From: Candidatus Bipolaricaulia bacterium
Lineage (GTDB): Bacteria; Bipolaricaulota; Bipolaricaulia; RBG-16-55-9
Assembly (NCBI GenBank): GCA_042219045.1
Contig: JBDGQO010000037.1
Location: 1 to 47,998, forward strand
DNA: 47,998 nucleotides
Direction of reading: 5' to 3'
A program made the position numbers and the translations under genes. The first letter of the stretch is position 1. Each line of letters opens with the position of its first letter. Positions 17,720-25,981 of this stretch are shown one piece after another. A model generated the notes under the pieces. That model worked only from the letters and a program-made list of their open reading frames with translations, was not told where the DNA came from and made no database searches.

Positions 17720-19057
17720 TCAACGCCCACCGAAAAGCTTCTTAATTTGCTTCTTGAGGCTGTTCCAGTACCAGCCAAGTTGTTTCCTAACGAACCGGGT
17801 TGCCTTGATTCTGCCTTTTCGGCTGTATTCGGCCTTCGGCCCTTTCGGGGTTCCCATCTCGAAATACTGTTCCTCTTTCTTCTTTTCTCCGGGATTGTAC
17901 TTCACGTGCTTGCCGTGCTTCGTGCCTTGGTGGTACTGGGTCATCTCCATGAGATCGCCTGACGGATAGAATACTTTCTCCCGATCGACCTTGCGTCCAT
18001 TCTCATAATATTCATGACGCATGAGGTCTCCATCGCGGGAATACATCTTCTTTTCACCATGGAGCTTCCCGTCTCTATAGTCGGCCTCTTGTGCGAGGGT
18101 ACCATCACCGTAGTAGGCTTTCTGTTGGCCATGTTTCTTGTCGTTCTCAAACGGTTGCTCCACACGAAGAGTCCCCTTATAGTAAGACTTTGCCACGCCG
18201 TGCTTCTCGCCCTCAATCATCGGTACCTCCACCTGTGGGACACTTGGTTCCTCAAATGCTTTAATAGTACCGTGGGGCTCCCCTTCCTTCATTGGGACAT
18301 CATTTTTCACGGCCCCATTTTCGTACACGGTGAGATGAACAGGATTACCGTTTTCCAGAGGAATCTCTGTTCTGCGATCACCCGAATGAACAGTTAAGTG
18401 AGAGGGTTTGCCATCATCGTCAAGATCAATTTTCTGATGCATCTCACCATCCCGGTACTGAACAATTTTATCACGGGGCTCTCCATTTCGGAATACCATT
18501 TTTAATCTCATTTGTCCTTCTTCATCACGTACGATGAGAGGACCATTAATCTTGCCTTTGACAAAATGGGTTTTTACGCGCAACTGACCAGACCCATCAT
18601 AGCGCTTGAAGTCTCCGTGTAGCCTTCCCTTTTGAAAGTTTCCTCTAATACGAATTTTGTCATCTTCATCTTTCCGCAGAAAAGCACCGTGCATTTTACC
18701 CTCTCGATAGTGAAAGATACGCTCTCCACTTCCCCTTTTAAACGCACAACGGCCATGCAATTCGCCTTTTTGAAAACTCAAAATACGAGTCAGACCACCA
18801 TCCTCATTAAAAAAGCGCGCCGGACCATGTTGAACACCCTTCCGGAAGAAAATTTCTTGACGCATGACCCCATTTTCGTAAATACGAAACGGACCATCTA
18901 GCTCTCCGTTCGCATAATTTTCCTCCATTTTCTTTTTTCCATCACGGTTGTATCTTGTTCGAGTCCCGCTAGCTTTTCCAAACTTATACTTTAACTTTTC
19001 TTCAACTTTTCCATTACTAAAATGCTTTACTTTTTGTTCATCAATTGGTGAGGTCAT
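17720..19057 (-). CDS. MORN-variant repeat (YwqK antitoxin-like) protein
   Basis: Many G.LHG...Y..DG / NGELDGPFRIYENG repeats; Lys-rich; directly downstream of vgrG. Confidence 0.85.
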   Translation of the reverse strand: MTSPIDEQKVKHFSNGKVEEKLKYKFGKASGTRTRYNRDGKKKMEENYANGELDGPFRIYENGVMRQEIFFRKGVQHGPARFFNEDGGLTRILSFQKGELHGRCAFKRGSGERIFHYREGKMHGAFLRKDEDDKIRIRGNFQKGRLHGDFKRYDGSGQLRVKTHFVKGKINGPLIVRDEEGQMRLKMVFRNGEPRDKIVQYRDGEMHQKIDLDDDGKPSHLTVHSGDRRTEIPLENGNPVHLTVYENGAVKNDVPMKEGEPHGTIKAFEEPSVPQVEVPMIEGEKHGVAKSYYKGTLRVEQPFENDKKHGQQKAYYGDGTLAQEADYRDGKLHGEKKMYSRDGDLMRHEYYENGRKVDREKVFYPSGDLMEMTQYHQGTKHGKHVKYNPGEKKKEEQYFEMGTPKGPKAEYSRKGRIKATRFVRKQLGWYWNSLKKQIKKLFGGR

Positions 19058-19072
19058 AATTTTACATTTAAT

Positions 19073-22000
19073 TTATGCGCTGTGTATCGAAGCAATAGAG
19101 TTTTCTATTCTACTTATATTTACAGCCTCCTTCAATATCGACTGACCATTCGCCATTATCTCAGTCTCGTTTTGTGAAACTCGATTTCCTAAGTTAGCCA
19201 CCTTTTCTGTTGTTTCCGCTAGTTTTGAGTCTGATTTGGCTAAATCTTGTCTAGTAGCAGCCAATGATTCTTTTACTCCTGATAGCTCGCTCTTCTCTCT
19301 TAAAATACTCTCGTTTCCATTAAATACATTTTTAGCCGTGTCTACTATTGCCTCTTTGAAGTCTAAACCAAGTACTGATTTGTTATCTATACCAACAACG
19401 TGCTTTCCTCCGAACATCGTATTTATTACATGAACGCTTGTGTCTGTCATATGTGAGACTGCATTTGTAATTACCATCCTTTCATTTCGTATGGACATTG
19501 CTTCTGTCGACCACTTCTCTACGGTCTTAAATGTAGTCTCACGGTGATGATCCGATCTCTTTTTTATCTCCTTAGTTGTTCCCTCTTTTCCAATTTCTAT
19601 CTCCGTAGCTACCTGCTCGATCTTTCCACCCTCACCTGCCTCTGACTTCGCTTCCATTTTTATACTACCTTTTTTAGACCTAATATTTATATTATTTACT
19701 GCCTCTATGTTTATATTTTGGTTTGACTGAATACAGATATCACCCCCTTTATTTATTACAAGAATTGGATCACCACTACTTCCACCTCCCCCTCCACTAT
19801 TACCTTCACCTCCTTCCTCCTCGAGTTCCTTGATCGTCTTGAAGTCGCCAGATTGTTCCTGATCCAAAGGTCCCGAACCCTCCTCGTCAGGAACGCGGCA
19901 GATTTCAATCCGATCTCCGAAAGTGTGAATCTGATACCGTCCTTCACAAACATCGAGCTTCCCTTTCGCGTCCCGCCCCAGCGCATCAGCCTTTCCGGCA
20001 TCCTTGTATGCCTCCTTATAAGGCTCCACCTTGTAGGCATCTCGTCCAATTTTGGACACTGCATAGGCCCGTCGGTAGGGACGAACTTTATCCTCATACG
20101 CATCCCTTCCTACCTTACTAATTGTTATAGAAATGTATTTTTTCCCATTCTTGGGATTCTTTGAACCGTCTACATACTTAATGAACTTTTTCAGCTTATT
20201 AACTCCTTTCTTTTTTTCCGATCCGCTATTCTTCGTCAAAGCCTTGAATTCTGTTTTCCCTGATAGTTTGCTATACTCGTCCTGTCCAATTACTCGACTT
20301 ACTACCTGGTCATTCTTTACAACAGTCCAGCTTACATCGCCGCTTTTTCGATGTATTCGCAGTTCTTCTGTCATTTTTTCGGTAAACTTTTTCAGACTAG
20401 CAGTGTTATCCAAATGTTTGCTAATCTTGTTGGGCACGCTACTTTTCACTTTGAATTTCGTCTTTTCCGGCCCCGAGGACAACTCAGATACTGTTTTCTC
20501 ACCCGGAACACTTCCCTGCATATCGCTATGAACTCCATATTCCTCCTTTATCTCTTCGAAGAATGGACGTATGTGAGCTATCTTTTTATCCTTTTTGGGC
20601 AAATTATTATACTTGCCCTTTCTTATATATGAACTCGCTCCTGAGGGAAAAACTGAAAGACTCGACTTCGACTTGAGCTTGTAGTAGCTCCGCTTGGACT
20701 CCTCGACCCTCTGCTCCAGGCCTGTCAGGTCGGTTCGAAACTTGGGGGCAACCGAACGAAGTTCCTCGTTTTTTGCCTCATCAGTCATTATAAGCTGGTT
20801 GCCAAAATTCTCGCCGTCCCGCCTCGTTTGGCTTCGAATCCCCGCTTTCGTCCCGGGAGCATCAGAGTAGGGCATTTGGTGCATTCCTCCGTAGAGACTC
20901 CCAATCACGAACGGGTATTCGTTTGAGTCCTGTGCCGGGTAAGCGATCGCCACTTTCGTCCCCTCACGGGGCAGAAACTGCCCTCCATACTGAGAGCCGC
21001 TCCAAAATGACAGCACACGGGCCCATACCTCCTCGTTCGGACGGTCCCCCAGGTCGAGTTTCACCTTAATCATCCCCTCTTTCGCCTGGTCCTCCTGCTT
21101 TTTCTTTTGGGGCAACTCGGCCACCGTAGCGACATAAATGCCCGGCTGTACCTGATTGCCAGGCCCCGCGCTGGCTTGCAGAGAGAACGCGTAGGGATCG
21201 AGGTCCTGGTCGTCAGATGCACCGGCACGCTCTTTACGCTCTACGTACCGGTCCCCCCGATAGTCCGGAGAAACACTCTTTGTAGGATCCTTCTTCGGAA
21301 AGGCCTCAAATTCGACCCGAAACTTCGACGAATCCACCTCTACCCGAACACGCCCAGTAACAAACTCCATCGAATCGGGCGGCGTCCCATTGGTGGAGAA
21401 GTGGGTTAGAACATCCTTACTGCCTTTGCCGAGTTTAAACCGCATTCCGGCCCCGAGGAGCCGGGAGAGTCCCCTCCCCCGAAACACCTTCTGTGCAGCT
21501 TGCAACTGGTCCACGCGTACCCGTTCCATCCCCGCATTTTTCCCCGTCCCTTCCCACGTATCCTTCGGAGAAACTTGGTCATACCAGGTGAGTCCTCCAG
21601 GGCTTTCATTTATGGTACCGGTCGCTCCTTCTTTCTTCTCGTCTGAGGTGAGGGAAGTGTTTTCGGAGACCTGCCGCCCTCCAGTGTAATACACTGACTC
21701 GGCCACCACGTCCTCCGGAACAATATTCTGCTCGAAAGAAAAGTTCAGGACGGTCCGCTCTCCTACACTGCTCTTGCTCGGCTCCAACGTGTGCTCCGTC
21801 TTCAAGCTATTCGGATCGATGCGCTTGTACTCCTTGAAGCTAGCGTTCTCGTCTGTGAACACCACGTCTCCGGGATTGGCACTACTGTAGTTCCCGGCGT
21901 ACCATCCGCCATGGGCGAAGTGGTATGTGAGTCCCGCTTCGTCCGCAATCCTGTTGAAGAACTCAAGATCGGTTTCTCCCTGCTGCGACACGTGCTTTCG

Positions 22001-22528
22001 TTTTTCGTACCCGCCAATTTCCGCTGTGCTGTATGACAGGCCGTGATGGTCAAGTAGCTGATTCAGGACGCCTTCTTCCGAGTCTTTCGTTACAACCGGC
22101 ACCCCCGCAAATGTACGTCCGGATCGCGAAAGATGAAGGCGCCACAGGGCCGGCCGAATTTCGACTAGATGCGACTGGGTATCGAACTCGGAGGTCCGAA
22201 GACCTCTTCCGTGCTGGCGGATCCGGGTCACAATGCCTTCGACGGTCCGATTTCGTATGCGGTAGTCCGACCGGTCGCTCGACTGCTTCCCCATCTTCCT
22301 CGAAAACGACAGCACAATCGGCTGTCCTACCACCCCGTCGAAATTCGCGCGTGCTGGGCTATTATCACTCGAGTTTATGAGCTGAAACTTCACCGTGTAC
22401 CGAAACAATCCGGAAAGCTGCTCCTGCCCGCTCACGCGTTCTACGGCAACGTCGTAATTCTCAGGCGTCGCGAGACTACTTTTCAGATTTTTGATAGCGG
22501 GACCGTCGAGAGAAGCAATGTTGCTCAT
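19073..22528 (-). CDS. vgrG: Type VI secretion spike protein VgrG (divergent, with an internal insertion and C-terminal extension)
   Basis: gp27-like VSGQEQLSGLFRY and QQGETDLEFFNRIADEAGLTYHF; gp5 OB-fold WARVLSFWSG..YGGQFLPREG.KV and FVIGSLY; GIRSQT..NQL...D; later beta-repeat region. Confidence 0.88.
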   Translation of the reverse strand: MSNIASLDGPAIKNLKSSLATPENYDVAVERVSGQEQLSGLFRYTVKFQLINSSDNSPARANFDGVVGQPIVLSFSRKMGKQSSDRSDYRIRNRTVEGIVTRIRQHGRGLRTSEFDTQSHLVEIRPALWRLHLSRSGRTFAGVPVVTKDSEEGVLNQLLDHHGLSYSTAEIGGYEKRKHVSQQGETDLEFFNRIADEAGLTYHFAHGGWYAGNYSSANPGDVVFTDENASFKEYKRIDPNSLKTEHTLEPSKSSVGERTVLNFSFEQNIVPEDVVAESVYYTGGRQVSENTSLTSDEKKEGATGTINESPGGLTWYDQVSPKDTWEGTGKNAGMERVRVDQLQAAQKVFRGRGLSRLLGAGMRFKLGKGSKDVLTHFSTNGTPPDSMEFVTGRVRVEVDSSKFRVEFEAFPKKDPTKSVSPDYRGDRYVERKERAGASDDQDLDPYAFSLQASAGPGNQVQPGIYVATVAELPQKKKQEDQAKEGMIKVKLDLGDRPNEEVWARVLSFWSGSQYGGQFLPREGTKVAIAYPAQDSNEYPFVIGSLYGGMHQMPYSDAPGTKAGIRSQTRRDGENFGNQLIMTDEAKNEELRSVAPKFRTDLTGLEQRVEESKRSYYKLKSKSSLSVFPSGASSYIRKGKYNNLPKKDKKIAHIRPFFEEIKEEYGVHSDMQGSVPGEKTVSELSSGPEKTKFKVKSSVPNKISKHLDNTASLKKFTEKMTEELRIHRKSGDVSWTVVKNDQVVSRVIGQDEYSKLSGKTEFKALTKNSGSEKKKGVNKLKKFIKYVDGSKNPKNGKKYISITISKVGRDAYEDKVRPYRRAYAVSKIGRDAYKVEPYKEAYKDAGKADALGRDAKGKLDVCEGRYQIHTFGDRIEICRVPDEEGSGPLDQEQSGDFKTIKELEEEGGEGNSGGGGGSSGDPILVINKGGDICIQSNQNINIEAVNNINIRSKKGSIKMEAKSEAGEGGKIEQVATEIEIGKEGTTKEIKKRSDHHRETTFKTVEKWSTEAMSIRNERMVITNAVSHMTDTSVHVINTMFGGKHVVGIDNKSVLGLDFKEAIVDTAKNVFNGNESILREKSELSGVKESLAATRQDLAKSDSKLAETTEKVANLGNRVSQNETEIMANGQSILKEAVNISRIENSIASIHSA

Positions 22529-22635
22529 GAGCTAAGAAGTTCTAGAGCAAGGATTACGGAGAAAACAAATTGCCGGGGGATGGGCGCTTCCTATTACAAA
22601 AAATATCCGGGCTAATGGAAAAGAATCAGGAGGGT

Positions 22636-23091
22636 CTACCTCAGTCGTCCCCAATCGTCGGGGGCTTCTTTAAAGGATGAAAGAACCCAGGTCACGGCAC
22701 GATTACAAAGCGTTTGGTCTCCCTGAACGTTTTCCCGAGGATCTCCACGAAGTATGCACCACTTGCAAGCTGCATCCGGTTGGGGGGAAGTTTGAGTGGG
22801 ATCCCCGGGCATGCTGGGCCCGCTGTTCGTCGTCGCGGAGGGCCCGGACCTAGAGCGGGACGGCGACGATGGCGGGGCCGGCTCGGCCGCGGACGGCAGA
22901 TCCGTCCCTGGTACCTGAACTGAGGGGTTCCGTCCCCGGCGCCCTGACTCGGTCACTTCTCCCTGCGAGTAGGACGACGGGGCATCGGGCGCCTCTCGTG
23001 CCGGGCGGGACTGCTGCCCGTACCCCGCCGACAGACCACAGAGCCCAGCGAGGCACACGCTCAGCGTCAAAATTTGAAACAGGCGAATCAT
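22636..23091 (-). pseudogene. Signal-peptide, Pro/Ser-rich ORF that appears to be a chimera: PID-CTERM-like N-terminus joined out of frame to a T9SS CTD remnant
   Basis: Signal peptide, P/S-rich linker, GPSMPGDPTQT, then non-descript sequence. An overlapping minus frame at 22772-22692 reads QLASGAYFVEILGKTFRETKRFVIVP*. Confidence 0.5.
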
Positions 23092-23149
23092 ACCACTTCA
23101 ATGCAATAAATGTGGGGCGACAGCCTCCGGCCCGCCGGAAGCGAGCGCC

Positions 23150-25981
23150 TCATGAATGGACTGCATAGGTAAACCTCCCACTTTCCACCCCGACGTGGGC
23201 CTCCGCGATGGCACGATCCTCGGCCATCTGGCCGAGCATCTTCGTCGAGAGGTTGGGCAGGAGGGTCTGCGTGAGGATGTAGTCAATGTTGCGGGCGCCG
23301 CTCTCGACCTCCTGGCAGCGGGCCGTGATCTGCTCGACGACGGCGTCGCTGTAGGTAAGGGGAGCGTTGTGGTTCTCTTCGAAGCGGTCCTGCACCCGGC
23401 CCAGCTTCAGCTCCACGATCTCGGCCATCTGCTCGTCGCCCAGCGGGTAATACGGAATCGACACCATGCGGCCCAGGAACGCCGACCGGAAGTGGCCCTG
23501 CAGCACGTTCCGGACCGATTCGCTGAGCTCCTCCGGGTCCGGACGCGAGGCCCCGTGGTCGCACATCTGCATGATCGTCTCCGTGGCGATGTTGCTCGTG
23601 AGGATGATGATCGTGTTGCGGAAGTCGACCGTCACCCCATCGGCGTCCTCCAATTCCCCCTTGTCGAACATCTGGTAGAAGAGCTCCAGCACGTCGGGGT
23701 GCGCCTTCTCAATCTCGTCGAGCAGCACCACGGAGTAGGGCGAGTGCCGCACCGCCTCGGTCAGCACGCCGCCCTCGCCGTGCCCTTTGTAGCCCGGCGG
23801 GGCCCCCTTCAACTTCGACACGGTGTGGGCCTCCTGGTACTCCGACAGGTTAATGCGCACGAGGTGGCCCCCGTAGAGCTCGTAGGCCAGGGCCTGGGCG
23901 GTCTCCGTCTTGCCCACGCCGCTGGGACCGGTGAGCAGAAACACCCCGACCGGCGAGTTCGGGTCTTCCAGCTGGGCCCGGGAGGTGCGGATGCGGCGCG
24001 CAATGGCCTCCAGGGCATGGTCCTGCCCAATCACGCGCTCGGCGAGCTGGTCTTTGAGCGAGAGGATGCCCTCAATCTCGTCGGTCTGCATCTTGCCCAT
24101 CGGGATGCCGGTCCACCCCGAAATGACTTGTGCGACGGTCGTCGTGTCGACGGCGACCGGCACGAGGGGCTCGCCGTCCCGAACGGAGGCCAGTTCCTCG
24201 CGTCGCCTGGAGAGCTCCTCGCGGAGGGCCTCGGCGTCGGTCGCGCCCCCCTTGCGTTCCGCCGACGGGTCCACGGAGGCTCCAGTGTCCAGGGGAGCCT
24301 CCGTCCCGGTTTCGGACGGCCCATCCTCCGCGGTTGCCCCGTTACGAGAGTCCTGCATCGTCGACGGCCTCGTTCCCGCCACGGTCCCATCCTCGGAAGC
24401 CGTTCCGTCCGTGTCCCCGGTCGCCGCAAGTTCGGAGAGCTCCTGCTCCAGCTCCCGGACCTCCTTGACGAGGGTCCACTCGATTTCCCACTGCGACTCG
24501 AGATCGTCCTGCCGTTCTTTGACGGCGTCGAGCTCCTCCTTCAGCTCGTCGAGACGGTCCGCGTGGTCGCTGCCGGTAAAGGCCTCGCGCTCCAAGCGCT
24601 CGATCTCGAGCTCCAGCCGGTCGGCCCGGTGGCGCGCGTCTTCTAGCTGAGGCGGCACGGTGTTCTGCCCAACCGCCACCCGCGCGCAGGCCGTGTCGAG
24701 CACCGTGATGGCCTTGTCCGGCAGGTTGCGGCCGGTAATGTAGCGGTCCGACAGCGAGACGGCGTCCTCGATCGCCTCGTCCAGGATGCGCACCTCGTGG
24801 TGCTCCTGCAGGGCCTCCGCCACGCCGCGCAGCATGTCGACGGCCGCTTCCTGGTCGGGCTCCTCCACCTGCACGTTCTGGAAGCGGCGGGCCAGGGCCG
24901 CGTCCTTTTCGAAATACTTTTTGTACTCGGCCCACGTGGTCGCGGCAATGGTGCGGAGCTCGCCGCGCGCCAGGGCGGGCTTCAGAAGATTAGCCGCGTC
25001 GGCTCCGCCCTCTTGCGCCCCGGCGCCGATGATGGTGTGCACCTCGTCGATGAACAGGATGACGGGATGCGGGGACGCCTTCACCTCGTCGATCACCGAC
25101 TTGAGCCGGTCCTCGAATTCGCCCCGCATGCTCGCCCCTGCCTGCAGGAGGCCGAGATCAAGCTGGCGAACGGCGATGTTCTCCAGGGCGGGCGGCACCT
25201 CGCCCCGCGCCACCCGCTGCGCGAAACCCTCCACCACGGCGGTCTTGCCCACGCCCGCCTTGCCGGTGAGGATGGGATTGTTTTGCCGACGGCGCATGAG
25301 GATGTCGGCCACCTGCCGGATTTCGGCCTCGCGGCCCCGGATGGGATCGATCTCGCCGGCTCGGGCCTGCGCCGTGAGGTCCATCGTGTACTGATCGAGT
25401 GCCTCGTCGTCCCCGTCCCCCTCCCCCGAGACGTCGGACGTCGGGCCGGCCGTCGGCTCCTCTGCCGGGGCCTCGCCAGTGCGCTCCGCCGTCTCGTCGG
25501 TTTCTTCCATGACCGCGCCCACGACCTGATCGAGATTTTCGCGGGGCACGTCGAGCAGCGAGGGGGCCGAGTCGGTCACGACCCCCAGCAGCTCTTCGGT
25601 TTCGAGCAGGGCCAGAAGCAGGAGCCCGGAGCGCACGGCCTCCTGGTCGTACTGTGTCGACGCGCGGAGCCAGGCTTCCTGCACGGCCGACACGATCTGG
25701 GGGGACATGCTCGGCGTTCGACTGTTGCCCCGCTTGAACTCTTCGGTGGCCGACGTAAGCTCCTGAATCACCTCTGTCGGCTCGATGTCGAAGTTCCTGA
25801 GGACCCGATAGATGTCGGTGCCGGGCCCTTGCTCCAGAAGCTTGATCAGCAGGTGCTCCAGCTCGACGTTGTAGTGTGTCTGGGCGACGCAAAGCGACGC
25901 CGCCTCCTCCAGGGCCGTCCGGCAGACGGGATTGAGGGTTCCGACAAGGGTCTCCAGGTCCTGAGCGGAAGACATAAGCAT
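23150..25981 (-). CDS. tssH: Type VI secretion AAA+ ATPase ClpV/TssH
   Basis: [24 protein letters not shown]-domain; [50 protein letters not shown]. Confidence 0.97.
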   Translation of the reverse strand: MLMSSAQDLETLVGTLNPVCRTALEEAASLCVAQTHYNVELEHLLIKLLEQGPGTDIYRVLRNFDIEPTEVIQELTSATEEFKRGNSRTPSMSPQIVSAVQEAWLRASTQYDQEAVRSGLLLLALLETEELLGVVTDSAPSLLDVPRENLDQVVGAVMEETDETAERTGEAPAEEPTAGPTSDVSGEGDGDDEALDQYTMDLTAQARAGEIDPIRGREAEIRQVADILMRRRQNNPILTGKAGVGKTAVVEGFAQRVARGEVPPALENIAVRQLDLGLLQAGASMRGEFEDRLKSVIDEVKASPHPVILFIDEVHTIIGAGAQEGGADAANLLKPALARGELRTIAATTWAEYKKYFEKDAALARRFQNVQVEEPDQEAAVDMLRGVAEALQEHHEVRILDEAIEDAVSLSDRYITGRNLPDKAITVLDTACARVAVGQNTVPPQLEDARHRADRLELEIERLEREAFTGSDHADRLDELKEELDAVKERQDDLESQWEIEWTLVKEVRELEQELSELAATGDTDGTASEDGTVAGTRPSTMQDSRNGATAEDGPSETGTEAPLDTGASVDPSAERKGGATDAEALREELSRRREELASVRDGEPLVPVAVDTTTVAQVISGWTGIPMGKMQTDEIEGILSLKDQLAERVIGQDHALEAIARRIRTSRAQLEDPNSPVGVFLLTGPSGVGKTETAQALAYELYGGHLVRINLSEYQEAHTVSKLKGAPPGYKGHGEGGVLTEAVRHSPYSVVLLDEIEKAHPDVLELFYQMFDKGELEDADGVTVDFRNTIIILTSNIATETIMQMCDHGASRPDPEELSESVRNVLQGHFRSAFLGRMVSIPYYPLGDEQMAEIVELKLGRVQDRFEENHNAPLTYSDAVVEQITARCQEVESGARNIDYILTQTLLPNLSTKMLGQMAEDRAIAEAHVGVESGRFTYAVHS

